From: Candidatus Omnitrophota bacterium
Lineage (GTDB): Bacteria; Omnitrophota; Omnitrophia; Omnitrophales; JACROU01
Assembly (NCBI GenBank): GCA_029261035.1
Contig: JAJDCD010000010.1
Coordinates: 14,612 to 78,611, forward strand
Reading direction: 5' to 3'
Length of the DNA stretch: 64,000 nt
Position 1 is the first letter of the stretch, and each line of letters opens with the position of its first letter. Positions 10,201 through 25,200 of the stretch are shown here, piece after piece. The notes under the pieces are model-generated. The model did not search any database, had not been told where the DNA came from, and saw only the letters and a program-made list of their open reading frames with translations. The translations under genes and the position numbers were made by a program.

Positions 10201-13200
10201 CTAGCGCATTTTGCTGTTCAATATAAAAACCTTCATCGTAAGCACCAAAAAGAGCCGCATCAATATCTCGATTATCTGTTTTAATTCGTTTATCTTCTCC
10301 ATAAGCCGTATAGGTTCTTGGATGCGTAACACCATATTCTAAAAATTCAAATGCGTTCTGTAACTGCCCCCATTTCACACCAAATTTTTCCAAGTGTTCT
10401 TGAACATAAATAATACGATCAGCACCAAAACGATCTCTCAATCGCTTAATTTCTTTAATTTCTGCTTTAAGAACATTTGGCTTACTCGTTCTAGAAACAA
10501 GCAATAGTTTTAAATGATCATTCGGATCCAGGTCTTCATGATCAATTACTTTTCTATCTTTTGTTTTAGGATCATAAACCTTATAAAAAGCAAGCTGAGC
10601 TAATTTAGAAACTTTATCTACAGGAACATAAGGTTGAAACAGAATGTGAAGGTCTGAAATCAAGTCCTCTCTTGCTAAAGTTAAAGCTTCATCTGCTTCT
10701 TCTTGAATCTCTTCTATTTGAGCTTGCATATCTTCTAACGAAATAATCCTATCTTCAAATCTTGATTTGGTTTCTGTCACTTTCCTTCTTTTATCAGAAT
10801 CGATTGTTTGTCTTCTTTTGACTAACTCCAACTTCGCTGCTTCTACGTTTTTTTGCAATTGGCGCACAATATCTTCTTGCACTGCATCATCCATGTTAAT
10901 AAATCGATCTTTAACGTCAGGAATCAAACTATCTACATAATCAATCCAAAAGGCTCTTGTCTTCTCATCGTAAGTACGCAGGTTCACTGTGTTCAAGAAA
11001 CTGGTTTTACTGTGAACCATCGCACTTTGCGCTTCTGATGGAGATTGCATCAAAATAGGAGTTGCCATTGCAGCGCTCCATCTCATTGATGCTCTATTGC
11101 TCTTCAACGCATACTCATCATAATCCAGTTTTTGTTTGCGATAAAAAATATTCATCAGAGTAAACATCATAATCTGTCTAAAAGGACGGTTAATATAGAC
11201 ATAGAAAAAGGAAGTCGCCCAAACAATCATTCCAGCAGACCAATTCGCATCCATACCCACAATCATATAAAAGTAAGCAGGAGCTGTTAAAAGAATATTA
11301 TCCAAAAGATTTGAGAATGTGGTTACAACATCTCTTTTGGCTTCAAAATATGCTATCTCTTTCGTTTCTGTAAAATAAGCCGTTGGAATCCAAGGAATAT
11401 ATCGAATAACAGCAACAACAAACTTTAAAGCACTGAATGCCAAGAACCCAGCAACAAAGGAGGCAAAAATGGCATAGCCCCAGAAATTAAAAGCGGTCAT
11501 GTTAACCACAGCAGCAAGCATCGGTTCTAGGTGAAACAAAGTATATAAACCACCCATCAAAGGAACAATAACAAGTGGACTGAGCCAAACCAAGAAACTC
11601 TTAACATTTCCAATTTTTATGGATTTTGAAGTTGGTTCTCTTTCAGGGATTTGAGGAAGATCTTCTTCAGCCACATCACCGTGAGGTAAAGACTGACCCA
11701 CACCCAAACTAGCACCTTCCGTCAAATCCTTTTGAGTTTGAGCAACAAGTTCCGGACGTCCCAAACTAGAACCACTCCCTGTCTCAGGACCACCGGCACT
11801 CCCACTAGTTGCAGTCGACCCTGTATCATCTTTTTTCTTTTTCGTACCAAAAATTAGAAGGCTAAATAAAGCCCAAAGAGCTGCAAAAGCACCTAAAATC
11901 ATTCCCAATCCGCTCCAGAAGTTTTCTTTAATCCAACTTCTCCACTCGTCGGCTCGCGTTTCTCCTTGATCTACTGTTGGTAAACGCTTTTTAATTTCTT
12001 CCAATCCTCTTTCAGCGGCTAATTGGTCAATTTTTTCTTTTACCTGTGTTCGAATTGCTCCGTCCAAAGCATCTCTTAAGTACTCTGGAGAATAACCCAT
12101 AATTTCTCTTAAGTTTATTTTCTGATTCAAGTCTACTTGCGCTTCGTCTAGAAGAATCAACAACATTTGGTCATCTAATTTACCCTTTGTTGGTGTCACC
12201 TCTTCCTGAATCCGCTGAGCTCTATCGACTAATAAAATAAAGTTCACCACATCCAAATTACGTTTTTGAATTTGATCTAAAATCTGCCCTGCAGCTCGCT
12301 GCCTAGCAAGTATGATCGTTTCACCATCTTGAACCTGAACAAGCGTAGACATAGTTAAACCTTCTAAACGACTTGTTATAATACGAATATCTCTTTCTCT
12401 ATTCATATCCAAGACAGGAAGCTCAACTGGAGCTGTAATACTTGTTTTCAAAACCAAACCTAATCGACTGAGCAAGAATTCATTCACTTTAGATTTATTA
12501 CTTCCACTCAATGTAATCCCGAGGCCGCCGTTGCTTGTAGACGCTTCCATCACTTCGTTCACATTCTTAAGCAAACTAACCAAAATAGCAATATCCCCTG
12601 TTTGAACTTCTGCCTGCGTTCGAGATTTATCTACTTCAAGACCCGTTTCCAATAATCGATAAACCACATGATCTAAAGCATTGGTTACAACAGGGATTTG
12701 ACCTTGTTGAATCGCTTGATTTAAGAAAATTTTAGCACGCTCTTCCAAAGCCTCTTCTCGAGCTTCGGCTGTTCTACCAGGAACCGGCCCTAAATCTTTT
12801 AGGATTTCTTTTACGTATTCTTTTAAAACAAAGAAACTGCGAAACTGTTCCAAAGTCCAGCCATCATTGTCTTTTTGAGTCACATAAAAAGCAATTTGTC
12901 CCTTTTCTTTCTCTGTTAAATCACTCAATGTTCTAGGAGTCTGGCCATCAGGTACATTTCGATTTACAATTTCAAGGTAGATATTTCCAATTTGAATTCG
13001 ATCAATATAAGAAATATTAATCGCATCTCTAGGGGTAAAACCATTGGTCAATACTTGAGAGTATAAAAACCCTAATACCTTACTACCAATTTCCGCTTCT
13101 GCTTGACCCAGGTCCAACTGCTCACGAATAGTGTCAATCTCTGCTTTTCTCTCAACTGAAGTTCCTGCTGCTGCATATTCTGTATTTAATTCTCCATTTA

Positions 13201-16200
13201 AGTTGATCAACTCTGCTCGAATGTTAGCTTCGATTTGAGTTTGAAGCACACGGCTATCTCTTTCATTTTGCTCTTTAATTTTATACTCCGTTAACCGTTC
13301 TAAACGATTTGCTTTTTCTTGATCTCTCAGTTCTTTACTCTCTCTCAATGCTTTTCGGTAATTTTCAGCATTCTGCTCGTGCGCTGCTTCCGCTCTACCC
13401 ATACCCGTTCTGTCTCTTAAAATTCGGGCCTCAATGCGATCCAAAGACCTCTGTAACTGAGCAGAATCAATACTGCCGTCTCGTTCAAACATTTGTCGTG
13501 CTAAAAAGAATTCTAAAGTGCGTCGAATACCGCCCACTTCTTCAATAATCGTTTCTTGTTCTCTACGCACTTGCATATTGTAGTAAGCATGATCTCCACG
13601 CTCTTCAACCAAATTTGAATCTGTCACTTTCTTTGCATACTCAAATAAGTAATGTTGATAGTATTCTGCACGAGTAACAGGGGTATCACTTCCAGGAATA
13701 ACAAAGTACTCTGATTTATCTAGAGCACCCCCAAAAGTATTAAATTCTGTTGTTAATTTTCTATAAATCACACCATAGAGATTTACAGTGTCATTAATAT
13801 CTCTTAAGGTAATATCTCCTTTAAGACGAGATTCAAAATTTCCACTCATCTGAAAATCTTGAACACCTTTTTGCCAATAAAACTCAGACCAACGAGACCA
13901 GTCCCCTTCATAGAAATCATTAATCTGTCCTCCAATTTGAGCAAAATCCAAAAAGTAAACACGGCTACTATTGGCCCGTAAATTTCTGTTGGTTAATTCT
14001 TGAATCTTACGCACCGCATTAAAGTAAACTTGAATTTTCTTTCGAACATAGTCTCTCTTGATATTTAATTCTTGCTGATAGCGTTGATTTTCATCTCCGG
14101 TATCGATTCCAACAGCTCTTTCGATGATATTGGCTCTATGCCTAAAAAAGTCTCTTTCAAAATCAATCACTAAACCGGAGGTAGCACCGTCTGTCAATCT
14201 TGGAATATCCAGTTCTCTGACATTGCCAAAACCCTCAACTTGAAGCAATTGCTGAACCACATCTCCTTCAAGACGTTTTATTTGTGCTTCCATTTCCATA
14301 TAGAACGCCACTTGATCTCGTGTGAAACGACTACGCTCAATGGCTAACGCTCTCGCATCCGTAAGCGCCGGCGTTGTTTCTGTAGACTCAATCGCTGGCA
14401 ACCCTTGAAACGCCCTATTTTTATTGATCTCTTCTAAAATAGATTGTTTTAATGCAGCAACGGCTGTAGGGTTATTGTCATAACGCTTCATATATTCATC
14501 TGCTAAATCTCTAATACGGTCACTGTTGACCATACGATATCTCAAGAACCCAAGCTTACCATCATCTAAACGCTCTCCACGATACAAAGACATATGAAGC
14601 ACTTGAAAATAACCATCTAAAGCTAACCGTTCCATAAAGTCCGTAAAAGCAACCTCCCCGCGATCATACTGAGCAAGTCGACGAGCTCTTTCTTCAGGAG
14701 AAATATTCAAACCGTCCAACTGATTTACGTAAAGCGTTCTTCGTTCTTGTTTTGCCGTTTCTGATAAATCCATCCCCATCATAAACCGTTGACCAAAGTA
14801 AGTAGCTCGACTGTCATCCATTGGATTTTGAGTTTCTCTCAATATACCAATCATAATACGTTCTTTTTGTATCGCTTCATTCAAAGCAAATAAATGGGAT
14901 CTAAACTCTAAACTACGTCCTTCGGATTCAATCGTTTCTAAGATAATGTTACGCATTGTCTCTACGGATCGCAAACGAGCTTCTCTATCCGTTATTTCTG
15001 CACCCATTCGTCTAGTCACTGCTTGATTCATATTATCGATACGCCCCAAGAAACGTTCTAAGGTTACTAATTTTAAACGTCGTCCAATTTGACCTTGACC
15101 AAAAATAACACTCGTAAGCGCTTGTTTTACCTGAGCTCCCAATTGAACAAACTCCGTTGCTTGAAGGCGCAGCGCTGCTAATTGCTGAGTCTCCACATCC
15201 GTACGAGCAGCCCCTTTACGATCTAAGCGAACAATTTCTCTAATAAAAGCTGTTCTTACTGCTTTAACTTCATCGGAATCCAAAAATGCTGTAATTGCAG
15301 CTTTGGTTGCGGTCTCTTTTTGAGTTGCATTCAAACGATCATTATGATCAATCACAGCAAGACTTCTAAGTAAATGATCTTTCTTTAAATTTAATAGACG
15401 AATAGGCTGTCTCATAGCTCTATCGGAAGTAAATTGAATCTCTAGAGGTTGAGATAATCGTATTGCTGCTTGTATGGGTTGAAATGCTTTATCTTGCCCT
15501 TCGAAATCTAAGTTTCTAAAACCCATCAACGTTTCATGGAAACGGCTTTCGGTAATTCCAAAACTACGCTGTAAACGATCATACTGCTCAATATGAGATT
15601 CTTTTAATTGTGCAATATTTCTAAATGTGGTTCTGATATTACGAGGCAAATCTACTTCCACCATCTGAGTTAAACGGTTCTCAGCATCCGTAATTTCTGC
15701 TGTCAAACGTGCAATCACAGCTTGGTCTGTATTTGGCTTATCATTTTCAGCTTTCATTTCACGTTTTTTCACTTCAACCAATAAAGCCTGATCGCGAATC
15801 GTTCTCAAGAAATCACGAATCCAAGATGCTGCTTCTCCTTGCGCCACATCCAGAAAACGCCATTCTTCCACTGCAATACGAGAAACAAGGTGACGTGTCC
15901 TCATTAACCGATTCACTTCTTCTTTAGCCGCATTGTAATCTGAAAAACTAATACCATCTTTAGTATATAACTGAGAAACTTTACCCAAAATGTCTCTCAT
16001 ACGATAATCTCGAGCAAATGTTGTTGCATGTCCTTCAAAGTATCTGTTTAAAACATCTTGTGGTAATTGCAACCCTAACTGCGTTAATGTTTGATTAATG
16101 ATCACTCGTTTCGCATCTCGATCTCGATCTAATTCACGACGGAAATCTTGAGTATCCGTATCCACTTTTACATATTGATTCATTAAATCATTATCTGTGA

Positions 16201-19200
16201 TATAAAGTGCCATTCGGATATAATTTTCTAAGTCGCTCAATTGAACTTTTCCATCACTTACTTCTTTCATCATACCAAAAGCAAGAGAATCAACAATAGA
16301 GCTTCGGTATTCCAAATTAAATGCGCGACGATAATCATCCATAACCGTATCCACATTAATCATACCTTCAGCCCCCAACTGTCTTAAATCCCTTTCTAAC
16401 GAAAGTCTCTTTACAGGGCCTGCAAAATTATTCCACTCATTGTCTCGAGCAGCAATAAGAGCAGTAGCAACCGCAGCACCTTCAGCATCAAAAGCTCGAT
16501 TAATACTTTGTTTCACTTGGAAAAACCGCGTAACTGCCGCGCCAAGTTTAGAAACATCTGTCGTTAATTTACCATCGTCCTGAGCTTGAAGGAAAGCTCG
16601 GGTGAGACTTGAGATGGCACTTTCATAAAAAATCTTTCCGTATTCTGTAGAAAGTTTTGTATTTAAAGCTGAACTCATCTGAGTTAAATCCCTTAACCAT
16701 GCATTTCTTTGCGCAAGTGTAATCGAACCTTCCCGATGGAGTTGAATCAAACGTCTTTGTTTAAATAAATTAAGTTCATTGTTAAAACGAGCTTGATTGT
16801 CCAGAATATAACGATCCATTGGAATGTTAGCTTTAAAATGCCTTAAGATAGCCATTCTCATTTGAAGATGTCGTCTAAAATCAGTTCTCAACTGTTCCGG
16901 ATCAGAACTACGAACACTCGACTCTAAGAAATCTTCAGAAATACTTACGATACGACCCCAGACATCTTCTTCTTGCAACGGACGATACACTTCTGTTCTA
17001 CCATCCACAACACGAGTGGCTCTCGTTAACGTTCCTCCTTGAGGAATAACCCCTAATAATATAAAGTACTGCTCTAATTCTCCTTTTACATTACCGGTGT
17101 AACTATCATCAATAAGAAAACGGATTTGCTCTGCTCTGTGTCTGGATTTGACTAACCCAGCAACAATACGGTCAAAAGTGTATGAGGTTAAGAATCCACT
17201 ATGATTCGGATTTCCAATATAATCAAAAGTGAATGTAGCATCATTAGGGTCTGCTAGATTACGTAAACGGAATAACCTTTCAGCATCTGCTTTATTGTTT
17301 CCCAAAGCTCTAAGAATATGATTTTGCACATTTTTATCTGTAATATTGTTTCGTTTCATAAACTCGTGCCAGTTAATCAATATTCCTAAATCAGAAGGGT
17401 TCAACACATCTAATGGATCAGCAGCAGTTCGTCCCAAAAGGTTCTGAACCTCTACTTTAATATCCATTACAGCCCTAAACCGAGCTTGTAATGAAGATGC
17501 AATTTTATCTCCAAAACTATTCGTCGATCTAAAATTCGTTGTCCTAAAAGTTTCTATTTCTCGATTGACAGCTGCCAGCTGAGTATCATACGTCGTTCTA
17601 TCAATGGCTTTAGTACGATAGTTCGCTTCAATGGTTACTTTTCGATCTTGCAATACTTTCAACCGGGTACTTAAAGTATTAAATTGATCTACCATTTCTT
17701 CATTTTCAATTGCATACAATACCCAATAACTCAACGAACCATAACGTAAACCATTTTTAATACTTGCTGACAATGTTCTGATTCTCTGATTAACATCTCC
17801 CAACTCAACTCTAAGACGATCTCTTTCGGTTGCATCGGAATCACTGGCTAAAGCTGCAATCTGAGCTTCAAGCATCTTTTTCATCTCAACATAGGTTTGC
17901 AGCTCAACAGAACCTGAATACTCTACTAAGTCTTGAGTGCTAATTCGGAAATCATTGTAAAATCGATTAAACTCAAATTGAGGATCTAACACTCGATTCA
18001 TGGTATGGATTAAATTAGAAAATGCAGCAAAGTCATTCGTTTGACCCGCTGTTACAGTCAAATTCGTATTTCTTCTTAAAAATAACCAAGCTGTTAAATT
18101 ACCTCTACTCTGGTTATCTCCAATCATTTGCATCGCATTTTCACTACTCACACGAGTCAAAACACTAATATCATCTCTAATCAAATAACGTTCTCTTTGT
18201 AGTTCATCTGGACTTAAAGAGGCATATGACAATGAAGAGAAAGAGCTATTCAATCGAGGTATCCATGTATTTAAGAAGTATCGATATGTTCTCATTCGTT
18301 CCGTTCTTTCTGTTTCATCTGCAGGGTCTTGAGATGGAACTCCCGCAAAGAGATGGCGAATGTAAGGACGATCTGTTGTTATATTTGCGCGGACGGATGT
18401 TAAGATTTCTTCTAAGATTCTTGTTTTTTCTGCTTGGTCTGTAATTCCCTGGCGAATCACTCTGTCGTGATAGGCACGATAAGCTTGGTTACCAAAGTAA
18501 TCCAAAAGACCTAATTTTCTAAAATCCACTTTTTTATCATTAGCCGTATTCACTGCCTTTTCACTCAAACGGTTTCTTTGAGCATACTGACTCAAACTAG
18601 CCCAATCTCTTTCCCAAGAAAATCCCCAAGATCCACGACCTGAAACAGCTTGGTCTTGTACAATTTCATTCACTTGTGGAGCCAAAGCAATCATCATCTG
18701 AAGCTTCACATCCGTTTGCTCTCCTCTAGGAATATTATGTCTCATAGAGTAGGTATCTAACATCACAACCCAATCTTGCAAATTAAAAACATCGCTGGAA
18801 TTAAAAGCAGTAATTCCAAATGCAGCTCTGTTTAATTCTGCTGCACGTGTTTCTAACATCGTTTTATGAGAAGTAAGTGTTTGCAAACTTGGAGTTAGCT
18901 CAAAGTGAACCGCTTGATATTCTGACTTTGGCTGTCTTCTTGCCAAAGGCCCTGCGGCCTGTGTATTCAACGCAGTTTCTTGCTCGGTAGAAATTACTGC
19001 AGGTCGAGCTGAACGCAATAGCTGATTAACCCTCTCAACAGCATCTTCTTTTTCCTTTTGCCACTCTGCTTGTTTATTTGGTTCCTTTGGCTGAAGTTCT
19101 TTTGTTAATTCTAATTTTAAACGCTCTAAAGATGCCAATACAGGATCCGACAACCTCAAAGAAGCTAACTCTGCTACAGGAATATTTAATTCCCTTAATT

Positions 19201-22200
19201 GATCTTCTGTCATTTGAGCTTCTTTAATCAGATCTATAAGAACAAGACCTTCGATTAAACGAGATCTCTCAGAGTCCACAAAACCTAAATGTTGTAATAC
19301 GCTTTTTAGCTGCCCCAACAAGTCCATCATTCTTTGAGCGCGTCTCAATTTAGTATTAATTGTTTCATACTGAGACTGAACTTCTCTTAATTGTTCTCGG
19401 TTGGTACTTTGTTCGACTTGTAATGCTCGTTGCCTTGTTTGTTTTACCCTTTTCTCTTGTAAGGCTGCTTGTAACGCTGCTCTGTTTCGTTCCAGCTCAG
19501 CGCGCACTTCTTCAACTTCTCTAGGCGCCCCTGCTGGCAACGTCAAAACCTGAACTCCAGGTCTTCCTGGAGCTGGTAATTGTGACGTTCTTGCAGGCTG
19601 TGATGTTGGTTGAGTTGTTGGTCTAGATGCTGGACGACTTGCAGGTGCAGCAGGTCGAGTAATAGACGAAAACCAACGTGTTATATCGTCATTTTCATAA
19701 CCCCAATGTTTCAAATGAAGAATGAGTCGTTGTTTCGAAGCAGCGTAGTCAATCAAGGCATTTCCTCGACGAGTACGTGCATTCAACCACTCTTCTCTTC
19801 TTTGGTTAACCGGAGTAAAGGACTCTCCGCTAATAAAACGCTGCCTTGCACTTTGATAAGCTGTTTGAGTTCTTGATACATCAAATACCGCATTTGCTGC
19901 TGTTCTAAAAGTTCTATTGTAATCCAGTAACAGTTCTTCCATTTTATAAACAACTTCAATCATTCTTGCTTTCTGAGTTTCGCTCAATCGAGATGCTTGG
20001 ATACGCGCAATAATCACACGAGCATCGTCTTGTCCACCCGCATAAATATTCTGTCTTATTTCAGCAAAAGCATTTGGAAGATAACTGACAAGAAGCCCCA
20101 CTCTTACTTCAGGTAAAATCCTTTCCCATTCCGCTTGATCTAATTGAAGCTGACCAATTTCCGCTGTTTTCTGCATTACTTCAAGAAGAGGGTCGTTGAG
20201 TTGAACGCCTAAATTCCCCTGATTAACAACATAAACATGACTGCGATCCATACGCGCCATATAACCTCGGTCCGTAGTTGTCTGATCATATCGAGATTGA
20301 GCTTGGATATCATCATAATCCGGATGTTCTGTTTCTGTTGGCATAACAACTCTTCCACCGGTATGCCCCAGAACAATAAGAAAACGTGCTTTTGCCGCTT
20401 CTAAGTTTCTTCTTGCCCGATCTCGAGCCAATTCTTTGATACGCAATACGGTTAAGGTCCCGCTCGATCCTCTTTGAGCTTCTGTGTGTCCTTGCGCATC
20501 CTTAATTCCGCCACGGCGATTGGCTAACTCATTATCACTTCTAATTTCATCATAGGCCAACTTAGCGTCTTGATAAGTTAAATTAGCACGACGTAATTCT
20601 TGATACGCTTGAGCAATTCGAAGTTGAAGATTAAACCCTGCTCTTCTAATCTGAGGGCCTCTAGCAATATCGGCTCTAATTTTTGCAATGTCTGCATCAT
20701 TTCTCATTAACGATCTTAAAAATTCATAGGATAACTCTAACCCAACATCGCCTTGCAACGGATCTCTTCCATCTCCAAATCTCTGAGAACGATCAAATAA
20801 AGATAAAATATTTTCTTGAGATGTTTTTTGAACAAAGCTACCGTCATTGGTTAAATTCTGGAACTCTAAAGGCATAAAGTCATTATTAAAAAACTGCCAA
20901 CCTGCAATCAGTCGTGCTCTAAAGCCTCTCCAACCATAATTGCCACTTTCGATACCCGAGATACTCTCTGCAGCATTCGCTCGAATCAATGCTTCTTGAA
21001 AACGTGCATCTTCTAAACCACCTGCTTGCTGAGGGTCTACTGCCTGCCTCATTACACCCGCAACATAAGCTTCTGTAATATTAATTGTAGGACCATAATA
21101 AAGAATCTTTTCCGCCATAAAATCTGCGATTATACCCGCATTTGCTTCTGGTAAATTAAATTCTGATTGAAGGATTGATTTAAACTCATTACGAGTTTTA
21201 CTGAGCAATTCGGACCTATTACTAATATTTGCAATTAACCGTTGGTAACGGTTTCCGATCAAAACAGGCTGAACCACTGTTCCAATCACATTTCTCCGAA
21301 CATCCACATTTTGAGATAAGTAGTTCATAAGAATCAGTTTAATTTGAGGGTAATCATTTTGACGATTTAGCTCAGGAAGATAGTAGTCCACCAGATGAAC
21401 AGGATTCGTTCTTCCTGGCATTTTAAGCTGCACACCTTCTGTTTCCTCCAACTGCATTTCTCGTTGGTTAATCAATGATGCTAAATAAAGGTTATTAACC
21501 GCCGTACCAAAAACTTCTTTAATCTTTACATCCAATTCTCTCATTCGTTGATCCAACATGGTCGTTCCTGCTGTCAAAGAAGCTAAATCTTGAATTGTTT
21601 TTTGAAGGTCTGATCGAGAAGCAACCAAAGTAGCACCCGCAGAATCAACCTGGTCCTTTGCATTATCTACTCTGACACGCGCAAGCATTCTCTGACTATG
21701 AAGCCCTCGAAGATGCTCTTTTAACTGAAGCTCTGCTGTTTGAAGCGCGAGGCGCGTTCTAGCACGAGCAATTGCAACTTTACCATTCGTATCTAAATAA
21801 GGAGTCAGGTCAAATCCTGCAAAAAGGCCCACAGAAGTTCCTAAAATAAACCCATCAATTCCAATACGCTGTCCTGCAAGTTGATCGAGCACTCGAACCG
21901 TATTCACATGAGCCACACGGTAGCGAGTTTCTGCATTAGGAGTTAAAAATGGACGCAACGACTGCCACTCACGATCAGCCTGAGCAGGTGTCATCCCTTC
22001 CACAGAAGCTAATGAAGAGTAAGAAATACTTAATTGATCTCGAGGCCCTAAACCAAGAGAGGACTTATAATTCTGTTTCGCACCTTGACGCTGAGCACGT
22101 GCAAGCTGCAACCGATCTCTAGATTGAGCAATCCCTAAATTAGCTTCAGCAATACGAGAAATCGTAGAAGACAATGCCCCTCTCATAAGAGACTCTAACT

Positions 22201-25200
22201 GCGCTTTAATATCATTATGTTTTTGCGCATTAATTCCTTGAGCTTGAAGAGTGGCTGTATAACGTGATTTGACAAGCCTAACCGCTTCATCCAAACTTGT
22301 AAATTCAATTTGACCTAAAAGGTCTCTTAAACCATTGACTAAGTTGGTTTCTATTTCATCTGAAGGAACACCTAAACTAACACGATTATTTTGAAGGTAC
22401 GTTCTAAACTGAACTAACATATCAGAACGTAACTGTGTTGAAAGAGTCGAAATAATTTGAGTTCTCTGATTAACCACATTTGTATAACGTGTGACTAAAT
22501 CATTTGTTCCTCTTAATTCTAAATGAGCTCGGTTTGCAGACAAAGTTAATCGGTTACGAATCGCATCTCTCTCTGCTTGTAATTCTTTATATCGAGCAAT
22601 CAAGAGTTTGACATTCCCCATATAAGAACGTCCCTCTTCGGTATCCAGCGCTTTCAAGGTAATACCTGCTCCACCCACAAGAACACGTCGTCTTTGGCCT
22701 GCAGCTACATTCCCATCATAATCTTGCCCCACAGCTCCTTCAACACCTGGAGCAGTTACAGAGCGTAAACGTGCATCTCCCCAATCCAAAGTCACAACAT
22801 CCCAGATCCAATCACCCAAACTATAATGAACTTCCTCCACATTTTCTAATTGTGCAATCAAAGGTTCACTGAGCATATCCTTATCTCGACGGATACGTTC
22901 AATTTCTTGGTTGATGCCAATAATATACTCTGCTTCCAAAGAGCTTTGTTGCCAATAAGAGTCATCAACAAAATCTCTCAACTTTTCTTTTTCATCTGAG
23001 GTCATTGGTAACGCATTAATAATTGTATTCACACGAGCTTTATATAAATCAACCGCATCAGACATAACTGTGTTACGGAAATTAATGATACTTCCGCGTT
23101 CTCTGGTTTTTTCATTCACATAACTTTCAATAGCATCTTTCTGAGCATCAGATAAACCACTAACACCATTAACTCTAGCTCTTACAAGAGCAACCAGTTC
23201 GGTTCTAAAAACTTCTTTTGTTTTTGTATCCTCATCAAACCCGCTAATCGCAGAACGAACCGCTGTCATAATTTCTGTTCTCTTCGCTTCATTAATTGGA
23301 GTATATTGGCTTAGATGGTAATTAACCGAATCGATAAAATGTTTTACATCGTCATCATCCACACCATCCTCAAAATCAAGTATATCTCCTACTTCCGCAA
23401 CACTCACCTCTTCCGCTGCAGTAGCAAATTGAGCCATCACTGCATCAATTCTTAAATTACCCATCATATACGTTCTAAAATTAGGACCCGGAGTAGCAAT
23501 AACACCGGATTGAGACAAAAACGTAGGGAAATAAATTTCCAATTCTGCCGTTGCTTGGTTTAATTTAATATTCCTTTGAGCCAAACCTTGCAGATAAGCT
23601 TTAAACCCTCTTTTAACTGTTTCTACTTGTCTATCATTCAACATCACGGCTAAAACAACACCTTCTCTTGTTGTTACACTTCTCATAAGGCTCGCTCTAT
23701 TTTCATCGACCCACTTTGAGAAAGTATCATTCACTGGACCCACATGAGATTGATTAAATGTGATCCGTGTTGCTGGAGGTAAAAATCGCCCAATCTCTGT
23801 TCTTAAATGAGAAGCTTCTTTAGCAGAATAAGCACGTCTAATTCTCCAATCAAAAGCCTTTACATGCAGATTGACTTGATTCTCTTTTGTTTCTTGGGTA
23901 AAAACACGGCGCCCTTCTGAGTCAATTGAATATTGTCTTTCCGTTACTCTTTCTGTAATTTCATAGTCCTTATCTGTTAATGCTTCTTTAAGGGTGTTTA
24001 ATTTATTTTGAATTTGTTCTCGGATTTCATCTAGCTCATCTTCTAACGGTCCATCTCCAATCACATCTTCATGGTCATCCAACGCATCATTTAACCCTTC
24101 TAAATATTGTTTTGCTGTATGACCTGCTTGACGAGAGTAACCTGCTATTTGTGCTAATCTTGTAATACGTTGATGGTTTCTAACTAAACGATCCCGGGCT
24201 GCTTCTTCAAATTTATTGACAATACTTTCAGAAAAATTACTACGGCTAATTTTATCGCCATCACTGTCAAAAACAGGTTCCCGACGAATAATACGAAGTA
24301 GATCTTCTTGAATATTTCCATGCAAAGTACGGTTAATACCTAAATGCGTCAGTACTCGAGATAATTGAGCTCTTAAAGTTGCTTCATCCAAATCAGTGCT
24401 GTACATAATATCCAGTTGGTTACGACCTCGAAGCAAAGCTTTCTTTTGATTGAAAAACGTTTGTTCTCTTTCGACCAAAGTTTCTAATCGATCTGAAGTC
24501 AAAGCCCCAGCCTGAGACAATTGTTGTTGAAGCTGTGTTTTTAAGGCCAACATTTGAAGATCATTTGCTTTCATTTCAGGATGTTCTTCAATTCGATCTC
24601 GAAGGTCTGATGCCAAACCACGAGACGTCATATTCACCGAAGGAATACGGTTCATTCGTTCAATAAAGTTCTGCAAACGAACAATCTGATCTTCAACCAC
24701 TGTATCCCCACCTTCGGTCTGAACTTTACGAGTTACTTGCGTCACGTAGCGGAAAAGAATGGCTGATTGATCTCGAAGTGTTTTTTCGGTTTGATTTTCT
24801 TGTCTCAATGCTTCTTGATATTCTCTAAAAGCGGTCTGCAATTGATCATAAGAAACAATCCCTGCAGGATCTTGATAACGAGCCGTTCTCTGGTCTAATA
24901 ATTCTTTAGCTCTTGCTTTCGTATTTCGAATACGGAGCAATGCTTGCATGGCTTGTTGCACTCTTAACTGGGTCGCTGCAAATTCGGATTGCTGAGCATT
25001 TAAGTTTCGAATTAACTGAGAATTTTGATGAGCCATTTGTGCCGCAAAGGTAATTTCATTAATTGGGTTATCTCCAAATAGACCTGCTATTTGATTCCAA
25101 CCTTCTTCAAAGCTAACAAAAGGTGAAAGGGATACACCTGACAAACCTGCTTGAATACGAAGACGCGCTAATAAACGCAACCGTGTAGAAGCACGTTGAT

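Noticed and set aside
7760-10335. Intein as explanation for the GT insertion
   Set aside because: No Cys/Ser N-terminal block, no terminal His-Asn and no LAGLIDADG motif recognised.
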